Position numbers and translations under genes: made by a program. Below are positions 46,203 to 56,383 of a DNA stretch of 64,000 bases, in pieces. The notes below the pieces were generated by a model. That model saw nothing but the letters and a program-made list of their open reading frames with translations, did no database searches and was not told the origin of the DNA. The first letter of the stretch is position 1. Each line of letters opens with the position of its first letter. The stretch is from a virus, in IMG/VR virus record IMGVR_UViG_3300011116_000574, positions 36,658 to 100,657 of that record; one strand, given 5' to 3'.

Positions 46203-48523
46203 TGGCTGCTGTTTTATTAAATAAATTACAACCAGGAAAAACATACACCGTAGCTGTAAAAGCAATCGACTCAGACGGTAATGTTTCTCCCAACTCTCTT
46301 ACATATACCTTTACCACTCCAACAACAAACCTTGATGGAACTGCACTTGTTGGATACAATAGCGCAGTAAATGTTGCTGTGGGCGCATCTGGGGCTATGA
46401 CTGCTGGAACATTAAGTCAAACTGGATTACAAGCAGCTGGAACTTTAGATTTATATGATGTTTGGAGTAAAACAGTTAATACTGGTTCTGGATACACAAA
46501 TTTAACTGGATCAATTGGCGGAACCATAATAATAAACAAAAATGGTATTCTTGGCTACTCTATTACATCTAGTGCAACAAGTGGATCATCTCAGGGAACA
46601 GCAAAATTTCTTTTAGATAATAAAAATGGAGATGCATATTTTAATGGTACCATTTGGACTACATCTAAAGTAGGAACGCTCCCAATTGCTGACTGGACTG
46701 CTAGTCAAATTAATAATAGTCCACTTGTTGGTTCCGCATATAATGTTGCAGCAAGTGCACTTCTTTCAGCCGACTCTGCAAGCACTAATGCTTTAAATTA
46801 TTTAGGAGTAAAAAATACTTCAATTTCTGGAAGCGCACTTATTTCATCAGCAAATACAATCACAAATGCTTCAAATCAACTTACCACTATATCTTCAAAC
46901 GGAATAACAATTACTACTGCTTCTGGAGCGTCAGCATCTACAGCATCTGGAGCAAGAATTGTTTTGAATTCGGTTGGCTTTGCTTCTTATAACGCATCTG
47001 GAAGTCCTACTGTTACTATTACTGCAGCAGATGGAACAGCAAGATTTACAGGTTCTGTTATTGCTACTGCTGGATTAATTGGTGGATTTAATTTAACTGC
47101 ATCTAATCAAAATGGTGATGCTCAAATGTATATTGGTACAGCAAGTCAACAAAATTGGACTGGAATGATTCCAGGAACGCAATGGTCTTTCTTTTCAGGA
47201 GCTTTAGACAACACAGGGTCTGCTGCTTTATTTAGAGTAAGTAATGCGGGTCTTTTATATGCACAAAATGCTGTTATTACAGGATCAATAACGGCACAAT
47301 ACGGAGTAATAGGTAACTGGAATATTGGTTCACAAAGTTTATGGGCGGGAGATGTTGGTGTTCAAAATTTTGCGGGAATGATTCCAGGAACAACAAATGT
47401 ATTTTTTGGTGGAGCAACATCTTCTGCTGCCGACAATGCTACATTTAGAGTTACAAATACAGGTTCTGTACTTGCAACTGCTGGACAGATTGGTGGGTGG
47501 TCTTTGGGACAAACATCATTATCTTCAAGAAATACAAAAAATATATTCTCTCAGTATGACCCATCATTTGAAAGCGGAGATTATGTAAATTATTGGAAAT
47601 CTAGTTTTTATTCAGTTGCAGGTTTTTCATCCTATATTTTATCAGACTCTTCCAAAGTAGACGGACTAAAAAGCATTGTTGTTGGCAGAATTGCTACCAG
47701 TGGAATATTAGGAAATTTTTATACCTATCCTTTTGCTAAAATGTATAAAAACCCAACAACACTTCAAAGATTTTCTATTGCAGATTTAAATCTTACACCT
47801 GGAAATACTTATGTTTTTTCAGCATATGTTAATTCTGGTACAAACTGGAGTACTGCTCAAGTTGGTGTCTATGTAGATCAATATACTGCTTCAAGTGGTG
47901 GAACTTTAAAAGGATCAAGTACCGCTGGAAATACCGTACCATCAGGAACTTGGACAAGAGTTTCATCTTCATTTACAGCAAGTTCTAATAGTTATTTTGA
48001 GTTTATTGTTTGGTCAGATGCAGCCGATACTTGGTATGCAGGATACCCAACAACAGCAGATGATATATTTTATGTGGATGCTGTTCAATTAGAATCTGGA
48101 AACACCGCAACAACCTATCAAATAAATAATGCAATTGTCATGTCTTCAAGTGCTGGAAGCTCTCCAATGCAATTTGGAACTCCAACAAATGATGGTGGAA
48201 TTATTTCCAATTTATCAGTTTCTCCAGAAGGAGTGCTAAATACAAAAGGATTAACATTGTATGGAACCCAACCATTTAATATTGCAACTGGTGTTGCTAC
48301 ATCATCTTCAGCAGCATTTACAACCATAACTTTACCAGCAGGAAGATTTTCCGCAACACCAAGAGTAACAGCAACAATTAGAAGCAATGTCTTTAGTGCT
48401 CTTTCTGGATATTATTCAATATATGTCGGTAATGAATCAAAGTCAAGTTTTACTGTTTATACAGCATCTGGCTCTACAAGTACAACAGGAAATTCTTTTA
48501 GCTGGATTGCTGTTCAAATATAG
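46202..48523 (+). CDS. tail fibre/receptor-binding protein
   Basis: FN3-like N-terminus, G-x-IGG[WF] repeats, CBM-like region (PSFE...YVDAVQLE), C-terminal FSWIAV. Confidence 0.75.
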   Translation: MAAVLLNKLQPGKTYTVAVKAIDSDGNVSPNSLTYTFTTPTTNLDGTALVGYNSAVNVAVGASGAMTAGTLSQTGLQAAGTLDLYDVWSKTVNTGSGYTNLTGSIGGTIIINKNGILGYSITSSATSGSSQGTAKFLLDNKNGDAYFNGTIWTTSKVGTLPIADWTASQINNSPLVGSAYNVAASALLSADSASTNALNYLGVKNTSISGSALISSANTITNASNQLTTISSNGITITTASGASASTASGARIVLNSVGFASYNASGSPTVTITAADGTARFTGSVIATAGLIGGFNLTASNQNGDAQMYIGTASQQNWTGMIPGTQWSFFSGALDNTGSAALFRVSNAGLLYAQNAVITGSITAQYGVIGNWNIGSQSLWAGDVGVQNFAGMIPGTTNVFFGGATSSAADNATFRVTNTGSVLATAGQIGGWSLGQTSLSSRNTKNIFSQYDPSFESGDYVNYWKSSFYSVAGFSSYILSDSSKVDGLKSIVVGRIATSGILGNFYTYPFAKMYKNPTTLQRFSIADLNLTPGNTYVFSAYVNSGTNWSTAQVGVYVDQYTASSGGTLKGSSTAGNTVPSGTWTRVSSSFTASSNSYFEFIVWSDAADTWYAGYPTTADDIFYVDAVQLESGNTATTYQINNAIVMSSSAGSSPMQFGTPTNDGGIISNLSVSPEGVLNTKGLTLYGTQPFNIATGVATSSSAAFTTITLPAGRFSATPRVTATIRSNVFSALSGYYSIYVGNESKSSFTVYTASGSTSTTGNSFSWIAVQI

Positions 48524-48535
48524 AAAGGATAGAGA

Positions 48536-48691
48536 ATGGAAAATATAGAGTTTGAGGGATATTCAGTTACTTGTAATAATTCCAAATGTGAAAATTATGA
48601 AATAATTATTGTTGTCCTTGCAGAAAAAAATAATCCACAAGTAATATGTGGACCATGTGGGCAAAATTTAAATCCAGAAAAACTTATATAG
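48536..48691 (+). CDS. small Cys protein after tail fibre
   Basis: Translated by hand: CNNSKC...CGPCG, with GAAAGGA RBS. Confidence 0.6.
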   Translation: MENIEFEGYSVTCNNSKCENYEIIIVVLAEKNNPQVICGPCGQNLNPEKLI

Positions 48692-48693
48692 AC

Positions 48694-48722
48694 TTGCACT
48701 ATTAGAAAATAAATAGTATACT
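48694..48722 (+). promoter_or_regulatory. sigma70-type promoter
   Basis: TTGCAC-N17-TATACT. Confidence 0.6.
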
Positions 48723-48746
48723 TACATAGACAATAAGGAGATATAA

Positions 48747-48980
48747 ATGTCAGAACAGAATGAATTTGTTCCAGATCCCCGCTATGTGGCTCCACAGCCA
48801 TCTTTGCAGGATTTTCGCACACTAGAAATGTTGGTGCAGGAACTACAAAATCGTATTGGTCAGATTACAAGTCAGTATGAAGTCCAACTAGCACAACTAA
48901 AAGCACAGGCTACGCATGAAATTCAGTCCCGTGAACAGCGTATTCAGGAGCTTCAGGTAAATGCTCAGAAGGCAAATTAA
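48747..48980 (+). CDS. coiled-coil hypothetical protein
   Basis: AAGGAG RBS. Confidence 0.75.
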   Translation: MSEQNEFVPDPRYVAPQPSLQDFRTLEMLVQELQNRIGQITSQYEVQLAQLKAQATHEIQSREQRIQELQVNAQKAN

Positions 48981-49347
48981 ATATACCCCTCGTGTTCCTA
49001 GTGGAATGATTGCCAAGACAGAAAAAGGTTACTTTTATGTCAAGGGGGAAAAACGATTCCGTTTTATTTCAGATAGGGCACGAGATTCCTGGAATCTTCG
49101 TATTGTGCCCACATCTGAATTAGCCATGACAAATATAAAAGTGGTGGGAATTGTGGGATTTAGAGATGGAACTTTGATAAGAGACATATCTAATGGTAAA
49201 ATATATCTTATAGTAGATAACAAAAGAAGTCTGATTACAGACCCAGATGATTTAAAATCGCTGGGATTTAAAAAACAAGATATTATTCTTGTCAGTAAAA
49301 AAGAAGCAGACTTTCAAAAAGAAGGAGAAGCACTAAATGCCAGATAA
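48961..49347 (+). CDS. hypothetical protein
   Basis: GFRDGTLI...GKIYLI motif. Confidence 0.7.
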   Translation: MLRRQIKYTPRVPSGMIAKTEKGYFYVKGEKRFRFISDRARDSWNLRIVPTSELAMTNIKVVGIVGFRDGTLIRDISNGKIYLIVDNKRSLITDPDDLKSLGFKKQDIILVSKKEADFQKEGEALNAR

Positions 49348-49777
49348 TGTTAGCTTAACAGTATCAGAAATTAACCAAATGAAACAAACATCTAATAGTT
49401 TAATTAGTAGACTAAAAGATAAAACATTTACTTTTTCATCAAGTAAAGAAAAAGATACTGCAAAATCTTACCCGATCATATCGGATGATGAAGGTGGCTT
49501 GATGATATACGCAGCCAGAGAGACATTGAAGTTGTCAAAGACTACAAACAATACTGTTGTTTTTACCTTGCCAACTATAGATTTTTCGGGAACGCCCATA
49601 ATACAAGTTACGCTTACAGCCGTGACTGACAAAAGTAAATACTTACTTAGCACTTCGGCAACATGGGAACCTTCTGGTAAAATTACGGTTCATGTTTCTT
49701 CGGGAGTAGATTCAAAAACTTTAACAAAAGACAAACCTTCAGTTTATGTCAATGTTTTGGCTATAGGTCTTGGCTAG
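49337..49777 (+). CDS. hypothetical protein (H-lectin/gp53-like C-terminus)
   Basis: FSGTPIIQVT...VNVLAIG. Confidence 0.6.
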   Translation: MPDNVSLTVSEINQMKQTSNSLISRLKDKTFTFSSSKEKDTAKSYPIISDDEGGLMIYAARETLKLSKTTNNTVVFTLPTIDFSGTPIIQVTLTAVTDKSKYLLSTSATWEPSGKITVHVSSGVDSKTLTKDKPSVYVNVLAIGLG

Positions 49778-50033
49778 TTATAAAGTTTTGAAATCTTGGT
49801 CCAAAAGAGATAAAAAAGTTTCAAAAGAAGGGTATGTTCTGATAAAAATTCCAGAACATCCAAAATCATTTGGTGGTTGGTATTACGAACACCGACTGGT
49901 AATTGAAAAAACACTTGACAGAATACTAGAAGTATGGGAAACTATACATCATATCAATGAAGATAAAACAGACAATAGAATAGAAAATCTATTTCTATGT
50001 ACAAGAGAGCAACATAATAAAGCTCATAAATAG
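49770..50033 (+). CDS. HNH endonuclease
   Basis: EHRLVIE...IHHINEDKTDNRIENL...H. Confidence 0.85.
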   Translation: MASYKVLKSWSKRDKKVSKEGYVLIKIPEHPKSFGGWYYEHRLVIEKTLDRILEVWETIHHINEDKTDNRIENLFLCTREQHNKAHK

Positions 50034-50045
50034 AAAGTAATATAA

Positions 50046-50855
50046 ATGACAAACGATCTTAAGTGGATGTTATCGTCTGACCAGCAATTCCCTTATCAGG
50101 ATGATAAGATGATTGAATTGTGGTTTAAGGTTATGAAGTGGTTTAAGCCAGATGTTGTAGATTATCTTGGCGACACGGATGACCAGGCTTGCTATAGCAA
50201 GTATTCAGAGGGCAGATCTGCAGAATTTCTTAAAATGTATAAAGACAACAATGGAGACCAAATTGTCCCATTGATACAGCATGAGGCAAAATTAGCAAGA
50301 GATTTTTATACTAAAACTAGAAAAATTGCTAAAAATGCTCAACTGTTTTCTGCGTTGGGTAATCACGATATTCGTATCTTTGATTATATTGATGCAAAAC
50401 TTCCAGAGTATATTCAGGTTGTTGACCCAGAAAAACTTTGGGGACTTGATTCTTTGGGTTATGATTACATTTATTATAACGAGCCACCTAAGTTAAGATT
50501 TGGCGATATCCATGTTCATCATGGAAATGCTATTTCACAAAACGCTGGTGAGTCAGTTCGTAAAGATGTAGATAACTTTGGGGTATCACTTATTCGTGGT
50601 CACTCCCATAGAGCTGGTGTGTATTTTAATACATACGAGTTAAGAAACGGCGGGAAAGGTGAAACACTTCGTGGCTATGAAATTGGTCATATGTGTGATG
50701 AAAAGTCTAAAGGTATGATGTATACAAATAATCATAATTGGCAAAAAGCATTTGCTATTGCTCATATTGAAAATGGCGTATACCCACATATTCAACTTAT
50801 TCATGTATCACCTGATTATTCCTGCTTTGTTGATGGAAAAAAGATTTCTATCTAA
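50046..50855 (+). CDS. calcineurin-like metallophosphoesterase
   Basis: SD-x-Q, LGD-x-x-D, GNHD, HHG, GHSH. Confidence 0.85.
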   Translation: MTNDLKWMLSSDQQFPYQDDKMIELWFKVMKWFKPDVVDYLGDTDDQACYSKYSEGRSAEFLKMYKDNNGDQIVPLIQHEAKLARDFYTKTRKIAKNAQLFSALGNHDIRIFDYIDAKLPEYIQVVDPEKLWGLDSLGYDYIYYNEPPKLRFGDIHVHHGNAISQNAGESVRKDVDNFGVSLIRGHSHRAGVYFNTYELRNGGKGETLRGYEIGHMCDEKSKGMMYTNNHNWQKAFAIAHIENGVYPHIQLIHVSPDYSCFVDGKKISI

Positions 50856-50873
50856 TTATAAAAGGAGAATAAG

Positions 50874-51185
50874 ATGAATTTAACAGATTCACAAACCACA
50901 TCTTTAGCGGTGTTGGGACTAGGAGCATTAGTTGTTCTAGGTTCATCATTTCTAAAGACAGTAAACCTTTCATCTAAGGTTTCACATGCAATTGCAATTG
51001 TGCTAAGTATTGCAACTGGCTTTGTTAGTGATTATTTTGCTAACAATGGCACCACCGATCTAACCACAATTGCTCAGCAATCTACCTATATTTACACAGC
51101 ATCACAGTTGATTTACGCCTACGCACTCAAAGGCACCACCTTTGATGTATGGCTAACAAAATTTAATTTGTTTACTACTAAGTAA
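50874..51185 (+). CDS. membrane protein, holin-like
   Basis: Two to three hydrophobic segments, 103 aa. Confidence 0.55.
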   Translation: MNLTDSQTTSLAVLGLGALVVLGSSFLKTVNLSSKVSHAIAIVLSIATGFVSDYFANNGTTDLTTIAQQSTYIYTASQLIYAYALKGTTFDVWLTKFNLFTTK

Positions 51186-51187
51186 AT

Positions 51188-51373
51188 ATGCACTGTAAAT
51201 CGTGCGGGGGTAGAACTTTTATAGACAGAGTATTTTCTCAGAAGATGCGAATTGAGTTATTCTGTATAATGTGTGGAAAAAGATGGGTTATTAAAAAAGA
51301 TGGGAATGTGTTTGGAGAATGGCTAGTAAACCAAGAAAGAAAACTAGCGAAAAGATCTTGTATTTCTACCTAA
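51188..51373 (+). CDS. Zn-ribbon protein
   Basis: CKSCGG...CIMCG. Confidence 0.75.
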   Translation: MHCKSCGGRTFIDRVFSQKMRIELFCIMCGKRWVIKKDGNVFGEWLVNQERKLAKRSCIST

Positions 51374-51834
51374 ATGGTAGTTTACATAAAGCTTTGCATA
51401 AAAACAGGGCGGAAGACCTTTTGATTGCTTGGAATTACATAGAGCATAAGCGTATGGCTTATTCTCTAGTTGATGTTGTTCGAAATAAAACAAATGCGTA
51501 TACTATCACCCAAGTTGGAAAGATGATTGGTAGAAGTCCAGATACCATTAAAAGACATTGGCGAGCTGGGGAAATTAGAAAACCCCAGCAAACCTACTCT
51601 CTTGACGGACAAGAAAGACCAAATAAATTCTTTTTTAGCGAAGACGATGTTAGATCCCTGCAAGATTTTTTTAAAACAGTTCATCGGGGTAGACCAAGAA
51701 AAGATGGTCTTATTACCCCAAGTAATATTCCGAGTAAAGCAGAATTAGAAGCACTTATGAGAAACGAAAAAGTTCTTTATACAAAAAATGAAGATGGGGA
51801 ATTTGTCCCTGTCTGGAAACAACCAGAGTGGTAA
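51319..51834 (+). CDS. HTH DNA-binding protein (MerR/Xis-like)
   Basis: YTITQVGKMIGRSPDTIKRH and an AT-hook-like RGRPR. Confidence 0.75.
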   Translation: MASKPRKKTSEKILYFYLNGSLHKALHKNRAEDLLIAWNYIEHKRMAYSLVDVVRNKTNAYTITQVGKMIGRSPDTIKRHWRAGEIRKPQQTYSLDGQERPNKFFFSEDDVRSLQDFFKTVHRGRPRKDGLITPSNIPSKAELEALMRNEKVLYTKNEDGEFVPVWKQPEW

Positions 51835-51835
51835 T

Positions 51836-52051
51836 ATGAGTAACCTTGAAAAAGACCCAACAAAAATTTTAAAATCTTCCCTAGAAATACTTCAAAAATC
51901 TTATAGGGTAGCAAAGAAAAAAGACGATATTGAAAATATGCTTGCCATATCAGACCGACTTATGCTATTATATGAATTGTTAAAGAATGGTGCCGAAAGC
52001 AAAAAGCCACCATCATTAGGATTTTTAGGAGTATTAGAAGATGACGAATAA
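51836..52051 (+). CDS. hypothetical protein
   Basis: ORF within the operon. Confidence 0.65.
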   Translation: MSNLEKDPTKILKSSLEILQKSYRVAKKKDDIENMLAISDRLMLLYELLKNGAESKKPPSLGFLGVLEDDE

Positions 52052-52253
52052 TACAAGCGTTAGAGTAGCATTAGAATTTGTTCGCAATTTAGGCAATTAC
52101 GAAAGTATCCGAATTTCAATCGGAGTAGAAGACTCTCTCAGACAAAGTGAAACAGTAGATCAGGCAACAGAGCGTGTCTACGCATTTGTTGAAAATAAGC
52201 TTATTGAAAAAGCAAATGAAATAGAAGCCGAACTTAAGGGCAACAAAAAGTAA
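52041..52253 (+). CDS. hypothetical protein (RNLGNYESIRI type)
   Basis: NLGNYES motif recalled from actinophage proteins. Confidence 0.75.
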   Translation: MTNNTSVRVALEFVRNLGNYESIRISIGVEDSLRQSETVDQATERVYAFVENKLIEKANEIEAELKGNKK

Positions 52254-52576
52254 TGACCAAAGATTCCGCAAAACTTGCTCACGCATTAGTGACCAAGTAT
52301 TCAAACATGTATGAATTAAAATATAATAAAAAGCCCACAATGAATCGTCACAGAGAAAAATGGGCAATGCAAGATGTTCTAGATAGTGTTGGATATGATA
52401 GGGCTTTAGAAATACTAGAGTATTATTTTTCTGTAACTAAACCAGGGCATCCATTATCTTGGTTTTATTTTAACTTTGACAAGCTTGACGAAGTTATGGT
52501 AAAGTTAGACCAAGACAAAGAACGCCGACAAAAGTTGCGGGAACAAACAAAGAGAATGGTAGAAGAGAATGAATAG
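52253..52576 (+). CDS. hypothetical protein, possible helicase loader
   Basis: Coupled directly upstream of the helicase. Confidence 0.6.
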   Translation: MTKDSAKLAHALVTKYSNMYELKYNKKPTMNRHREKWAMQDVLDSVGYDRALEILEYYFSVTKPGHPLSWFYFNFDKLDEVMVKLDQDKERRQKLREQTKRMVEENE

Positions 52577-53795
52577 TGAAGCAGAGTTAATTTCATCAAT
52601 ATGTAGTACAAAAGATATTTCAACAGTTTTGGCAAGTAACATAGATGAAATTTTTGTTTCTCACAAAGATGTTTGGGATGGGTTAAAATCCTATTACAAC
52701 AAATTTCGCTCTGTTCCAGATGCAGAAGTTTTGCAGGAAAAGTTTAAAGATTTTGAGCCTGTGCAAGTAAAAGGTGAAACTGCTTATTATTTAGATAAAG
52801 CTAAAAATGATTACCTTACATCCCGAATTAGAAATATTCTTTTAGACTCTGGTAATAGTCTAAAGACAAATGCTGCATCAAGAGTGATTGCAGATTTACA
52901 AGCACAAGTATCTAATCTTTCTCGCATTACAACCAATGTCCGAGATGTAGACCTAACAGACTTTGAAATGGCTGAAAAGCACTATGAAGCTGTTCGTGAG
53001 CGAGCAGCAACTATGGGCGGTAGTCCAGGAATTATGACTGGATTCAAGGCTATTGATTATGCTTACCCAACAGGTATGGCTGCAGGTCACTTAATTGTTA
53101 TGATTGGTTGGGCTGGTCGTGGTAAAACATGGATGAGTTCCTATCTTGCTTGTAAAGCATGGGAACAAGGATTTAAGCCAATGATTATTTCGCTTGAAAT
53201 GACCCCAGAAAATATGCGAGATCGCATATATACAATGCTTGGTTCTGGCTTATTTAAAGCCTCAGACTTTTCTCGGGGAAGTGTGAACACTGATGATTTT
53301 GGAAACTGGGCTAAAAAGAAGTTTGACGACACAAATGGATTTATTCTTGTGTCAAATGAAGGTTCTAGTCAAGTCACTCCACAAACAGTTCAGGCTAAAA
53401 TTGATCAGCATAAGCCAGATATTGTAATCCTTGACTATCATCAATTGTTTGCAGACTCAAATAACTCAAAGTCTACAACAGAACGCAACATGAATATCTC
53501 TCGTGAGTTTAAGAATTTGGCGGTACGCAATAACATCCCCGTTATTGATATTGTTTCTGCCACCATGGAAGATATTTCTAGTCAGGATTCACCGCCATTA
53601 CTTTCACAAGTAGCATGGTCAAAACAAATTGAATATGATGCAGATATGGCTATGGCTGTGCATCGCACACCAGATACCAATATTATTGAAGTTGTAAGTC
53701 GAAAAAATCGACACGGTACGGACTTTGACTTCTTTTTAGATTGGGATATTAATCGGGGTATTGTAAAAGAAGTTTACGAAAACCCATTCGATTAG
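52569..53795 (+). CDS. dnaB: DnaB-like replicative helicase
   Basis: GWAGRGKT, SLEM, ILDY, IEYDAD, KNRHG. Confidence 0.92.
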   Translation: MNSEAELISSICSTKDISTVLASNIDEIFVSHKDVWDGLKSYYNKFRSVPDAEVLQEKFKDFEPVQVKGETAYYLDKAKNDYLTSRIRNILLDSGNSLKTNAASRVIADLQAQVSNLSRITTNVRDVDLTDFEMAEKHYEAVRERAATMGGSPGIMTGFKAIDYAYPTGMAAGHLIVMIGWAGRGKTWMSSYLACKAWEQGFKPMIISLEMTPENMRDRIYTMLGSGLFKASDFSRGSVNTDDFGNWAKKKFDDTNGFILVSNEGSSQVTPQTVQAKIDQHKPDIVILDYHQLFADSNNSKSTTERNMNISREFKNLAVRNNIPVIDIVSATMEDISSQDSPPLLSQVAWSKQIEYDADMAMAVHRTPDTNIIEVVSRKNRHGTDFDFFLDWDINRGIVKEVYENPFD

Positions 53796-53838
53796 TTATG
53801 TAAAAGCCTTAATTCCTGGTAAAATATTAGGAAGAGAG

Positions 53839-54123
53839 GTGGAAATGTTAAATAGAAATATAAAAAGTTTCTACATGAATGGAACTATAAAGAGCGATTC
53901 TGATATCGTAAGGCTTAGAGAAATGTATGAAAAGCTATTACTTGATGAAATGCGTACAAAAGGATATGTTCCAGTTCTTGACATTGACCCCCAATTTGCG
54001 ATAAAATATAACCATGAAAAAGATAACTACAGCTTCCATCTAGAAATGCATGGGGTTTTTGTAGGTAAGCGTAAGGCTTGGGAAATCGAAGGATTCTCAG
54101 GTCAGAATTACATTAAAAGGTAG
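53839..54123 (+). CDS. hypothetical protein
   Basis: GYVPVLDIDP motif. Confidence 0.7.
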   Translation: MEMLNRNIKSFYMNGTIKSDSDIVRLREMYEKLLLDEMRTKGYVPVLDIDPQFAIKYNHEKDNYSFHLEMHGVFVGKRKAWEIEGFSGQNYIKR

Positions 54124-54126
54124 AAA

Positions 54127-55083
54127 ATGAACGAAGTATATACTAAATCGGATATCCGATCAATTCTTAATGCCATAAATCTAAAAATTGAATCAGAAAC
54201 TGGACAACATTTCCTATGCCTGTGTCCATTTCATGCCAATAGAAATACCGCATCTTTTGAAATTGACTATAACAAAGGGTTGTATTTTTGCTTTAACCCA
54301 TCGTGTGGAGCAAGAGGCACATTAAATGATCTTATTAAAGAAACTACGCATCGTAACGACTTTGAAACAATTAGGTTTATTTTGGCTAACAAACAGTCTA
54401 GTTCAAATATTGATTCCGAACTTGCAGAAATATTAGACGAAGTTCCAGACTTTGTAGAGTTTCCACCAGACACCGCAGAAAAGCTGCACAATGATTTATT
54501 AAATAATAAAACAGCTCTGGAATATTTTTATTCTAGGGGCATATCTCAGGACTCCATTGTAGATTTTTATTTAGGGTATTCGTCTGTGCAGGATTTAGTG
54601 ACAGTTCCTCTGCGTTCCCCAGATGGAATGCTGGTGGGTGTTATTGGCAGATCAATTGAGGGTAAGACATTTAAAAATAGTCACAACCTGCCAAGAAACA
54701 AAACCCTATTTAATATTAATCGTGCCAAAAAGCATGGTGGAAAGATTATTGTTTGTGAGTCGTCATTTGATGCTATTCTAATTGCACAGGCGGGATTTCC
54801 AAATGTGGTTGCTACGCTAGGTGCACACTTGTCTAAAGAGCAAATTCAATTACTAAATAGATATTCATCTACAATTATAATTATGACGGACAATGATGAA
54901 GCTGGTAGAAAATTGGGCACCAATATTGCTCAAAGACTAAATAATAAAAATATCTTGTGGGGGTCGTATGATTATGGTACAATATATCCACATGAAGCAA
55001 AAGATGCAGGTGAATTAACACCAGAAGAAATTCGTCAATGTATAATCAATGCAATTCCGCATTATGAATATGCCTTGACATAA
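54127..55083 (+). CDS. dnaG: DNA primase (CHC2 Zn finger + Toprim)
   Basis: CPFH...CFNPSC, CESSFD, DNDEAG. Confidence 0.9.
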   Translation: MNEVYTKSDIRSILNAINLKIESETGQHFLCLCPFHANRNTASFEIDYNKGLYFCFNPSCGARGTLNDLIKETTHRNDFETIRFILANKQSSSNIDSELAEILDEVPDFVEFPPDTAEKLHNDLLNNKTALEYFYSRGISQDSIVDFYLGYSSVQDLVTVPLRSPDGMLVGVIGRSIEGKTFKNSHNLPRNKTLFNINRAKKHGGKIIVCESSFDAILIAQAGFPNVVATLGAHLSKEQIQLLNRYSSTIIIMTDNDEAGRKLGTNIAQRLNNKNILWGSYDYGTIYPHEAKDAGELTPEEIRQCIINAIPHYEYALT

Positions 55084-55152
55084 ATTACCTAAGTCTGATA
55101 TAATAATAAAACAAGGGCACAGTATAGCCCATTACACAAAGGAGATATACAA

Positions 55153-55821
55153 ATGGGATTAGTTAAAGGTTTATCCGCTATGAACAAGGCTTTGGACAAG
55201 CCGTCTTATTCAGAAGATAGTCCAAAAGGTCGTTGGCTAAAGCTTAACGATGGTCAGAGTGTTAAGATTCGTTTCCTGCAGGAACTTGACCCAGACTCAA
55301 AGAGTTATGTTGCAGATGCAGGTCTTGGCTTTATTGCCGTAGAACACACAAATCCAACAGATTACCGCCGTAAGGCTCTGTGCTCTATTGAAGATCAGGG
55401 GCGTTGTTATGGCTGTGAGCAGCATCGCCGTGATCCAAAGGCTGGCTGGAAGGGTCGTAGTCGTTTGTACATTAATGTACTTGTAGATGATGGCACAGAA
55501 GAGCCATATGTTGCAATTTTCTCGCAGGGTGCAGGTCCTAAATCTGCTACCCCAGAAATTATTCAGTATGCTGGTGAAACAGGAAGTATCTCGGATGTAA
55601 TCTGGCGTTTGAAGCGCACAGGTGAAAAGACAGATACCAATTACAGCATCATTCCACTTCCAACTGCAGACATTCAGCCAGTTGATGTTACTAAGTACGA
55701 AATCATCGATCTTGAAAAGGTTGCTGTTCGTGATGTAACTTATGATGAACAAGAAGATTTTTATCTTGGTCGTTCATCCACCAATGATGATTCATCTTCA
55801 TCCTCTTCCGTAGAGTGGTAA
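55153..55821 (+). CDS. single-stranded DNA-binding protein (gp32-like)
   Basis: KIRFL, R-x-G-x-x-TDT-x-Y, acidic/Ser tail, replication context. Confidence 0.7.
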   Translation: MGLVKGLSAMNKALDKPSYSEDSPKGRWLKLNDGQSVKIRFLQELDPDSKSYVADAGLGFIAVEHTNPTDYRRKALCSIEDQGRCYGCEQHRRDPKAGWKGRSRLYINVLVDDGTEEPYVAIFSQGAGPKSATPEIIQYAGETGSISDVIWRLKRTGEKTDTNYSIIPLPTADIQPVDVTKYEIIDLEKVAVRDVTYDEQEDFYLGRSSTNDDSSSSSSVEW

Positions 55822-55828
55822 AAAACTA

Positions 55829-55858
55829 TTGACAAGTCTGGGGGACTGGTGTTATACT
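55829..55858 (+). promoter_or_regulatory. consensus sigma70/SigA promoter
   Basis: TTGACA-N18-TATACT with TG extension. Confidence 0.75.
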
Positions 55859-55888
55859 GGTCCCTCAGCACAATAGATTGGAATTAAT

Positions 55889-56383
55889 ATGCAAACTTTT
55901 TTACCTTATGTTTATAACTTTGACCTATCCGCAAAAGCTCTAGACAATAAACGACTTAACAAGCAACTGCTTGAGGGTCGTCAAATTTATGCAGCATTAC
56001 TTGGTCGCACAAAAGGTTGGGTAAATCACCCAGCAACTCGTATGTGGCGCAATCACGAAAACATGTTATATAAGTATCTTTATGCCATTATGCGTGAATG
56101 CAAACGGCGTGGCATTGCTACAGAAAAAAATTGGACTGCAATTGAAGAGCTACATGAATCTAATTGGAATCGTGGAGACAATTTAACTGTACCTGCATGG
56201 ATGGTAGATGAATCAATTGCTAACAAGATTGAGATTACTCATCGTGGCAATTTGTACAATAAGGATCCAGAGTACTACTTTGAATTTTATCGGGAATCTA
56301 AAAAGTTCCACAACTATGTATGCTGCGATAAATGTAACTATTATTGGTTTACACATAAATTAATTAACAACGAGGAGTTTTAA
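55889..56383 (+). CDS. pyrimidine-dimer DNA glycosylase-like protein (DenV/MSMEG_6728 type)
   Basis: MQTFLPY...LDNKRLNKQ-x-x-E...GWVNHPATRMW. Confidence 0.85.
   Translation: MQTFLPYVYNFDLSAKALDNKRLNKQLLEGRQIYAALLGRTKGWVNHPATRMWRNHENMLYKYLYAIMRECKRRGIATEKNWTAIEELHESNWNRGDNLTVPAWMVDESIANKIEITHRGNLYNKDPEYYFEFYRESKKFHNYVCCDKCNYYWFTHKLINNEEF

Noticed and set aside
46202-48523. Diversity-generating retroelement target in tail fibre
   Set aside because: No reverse transcriptase and no template/variable repeat pair were seen in the window.
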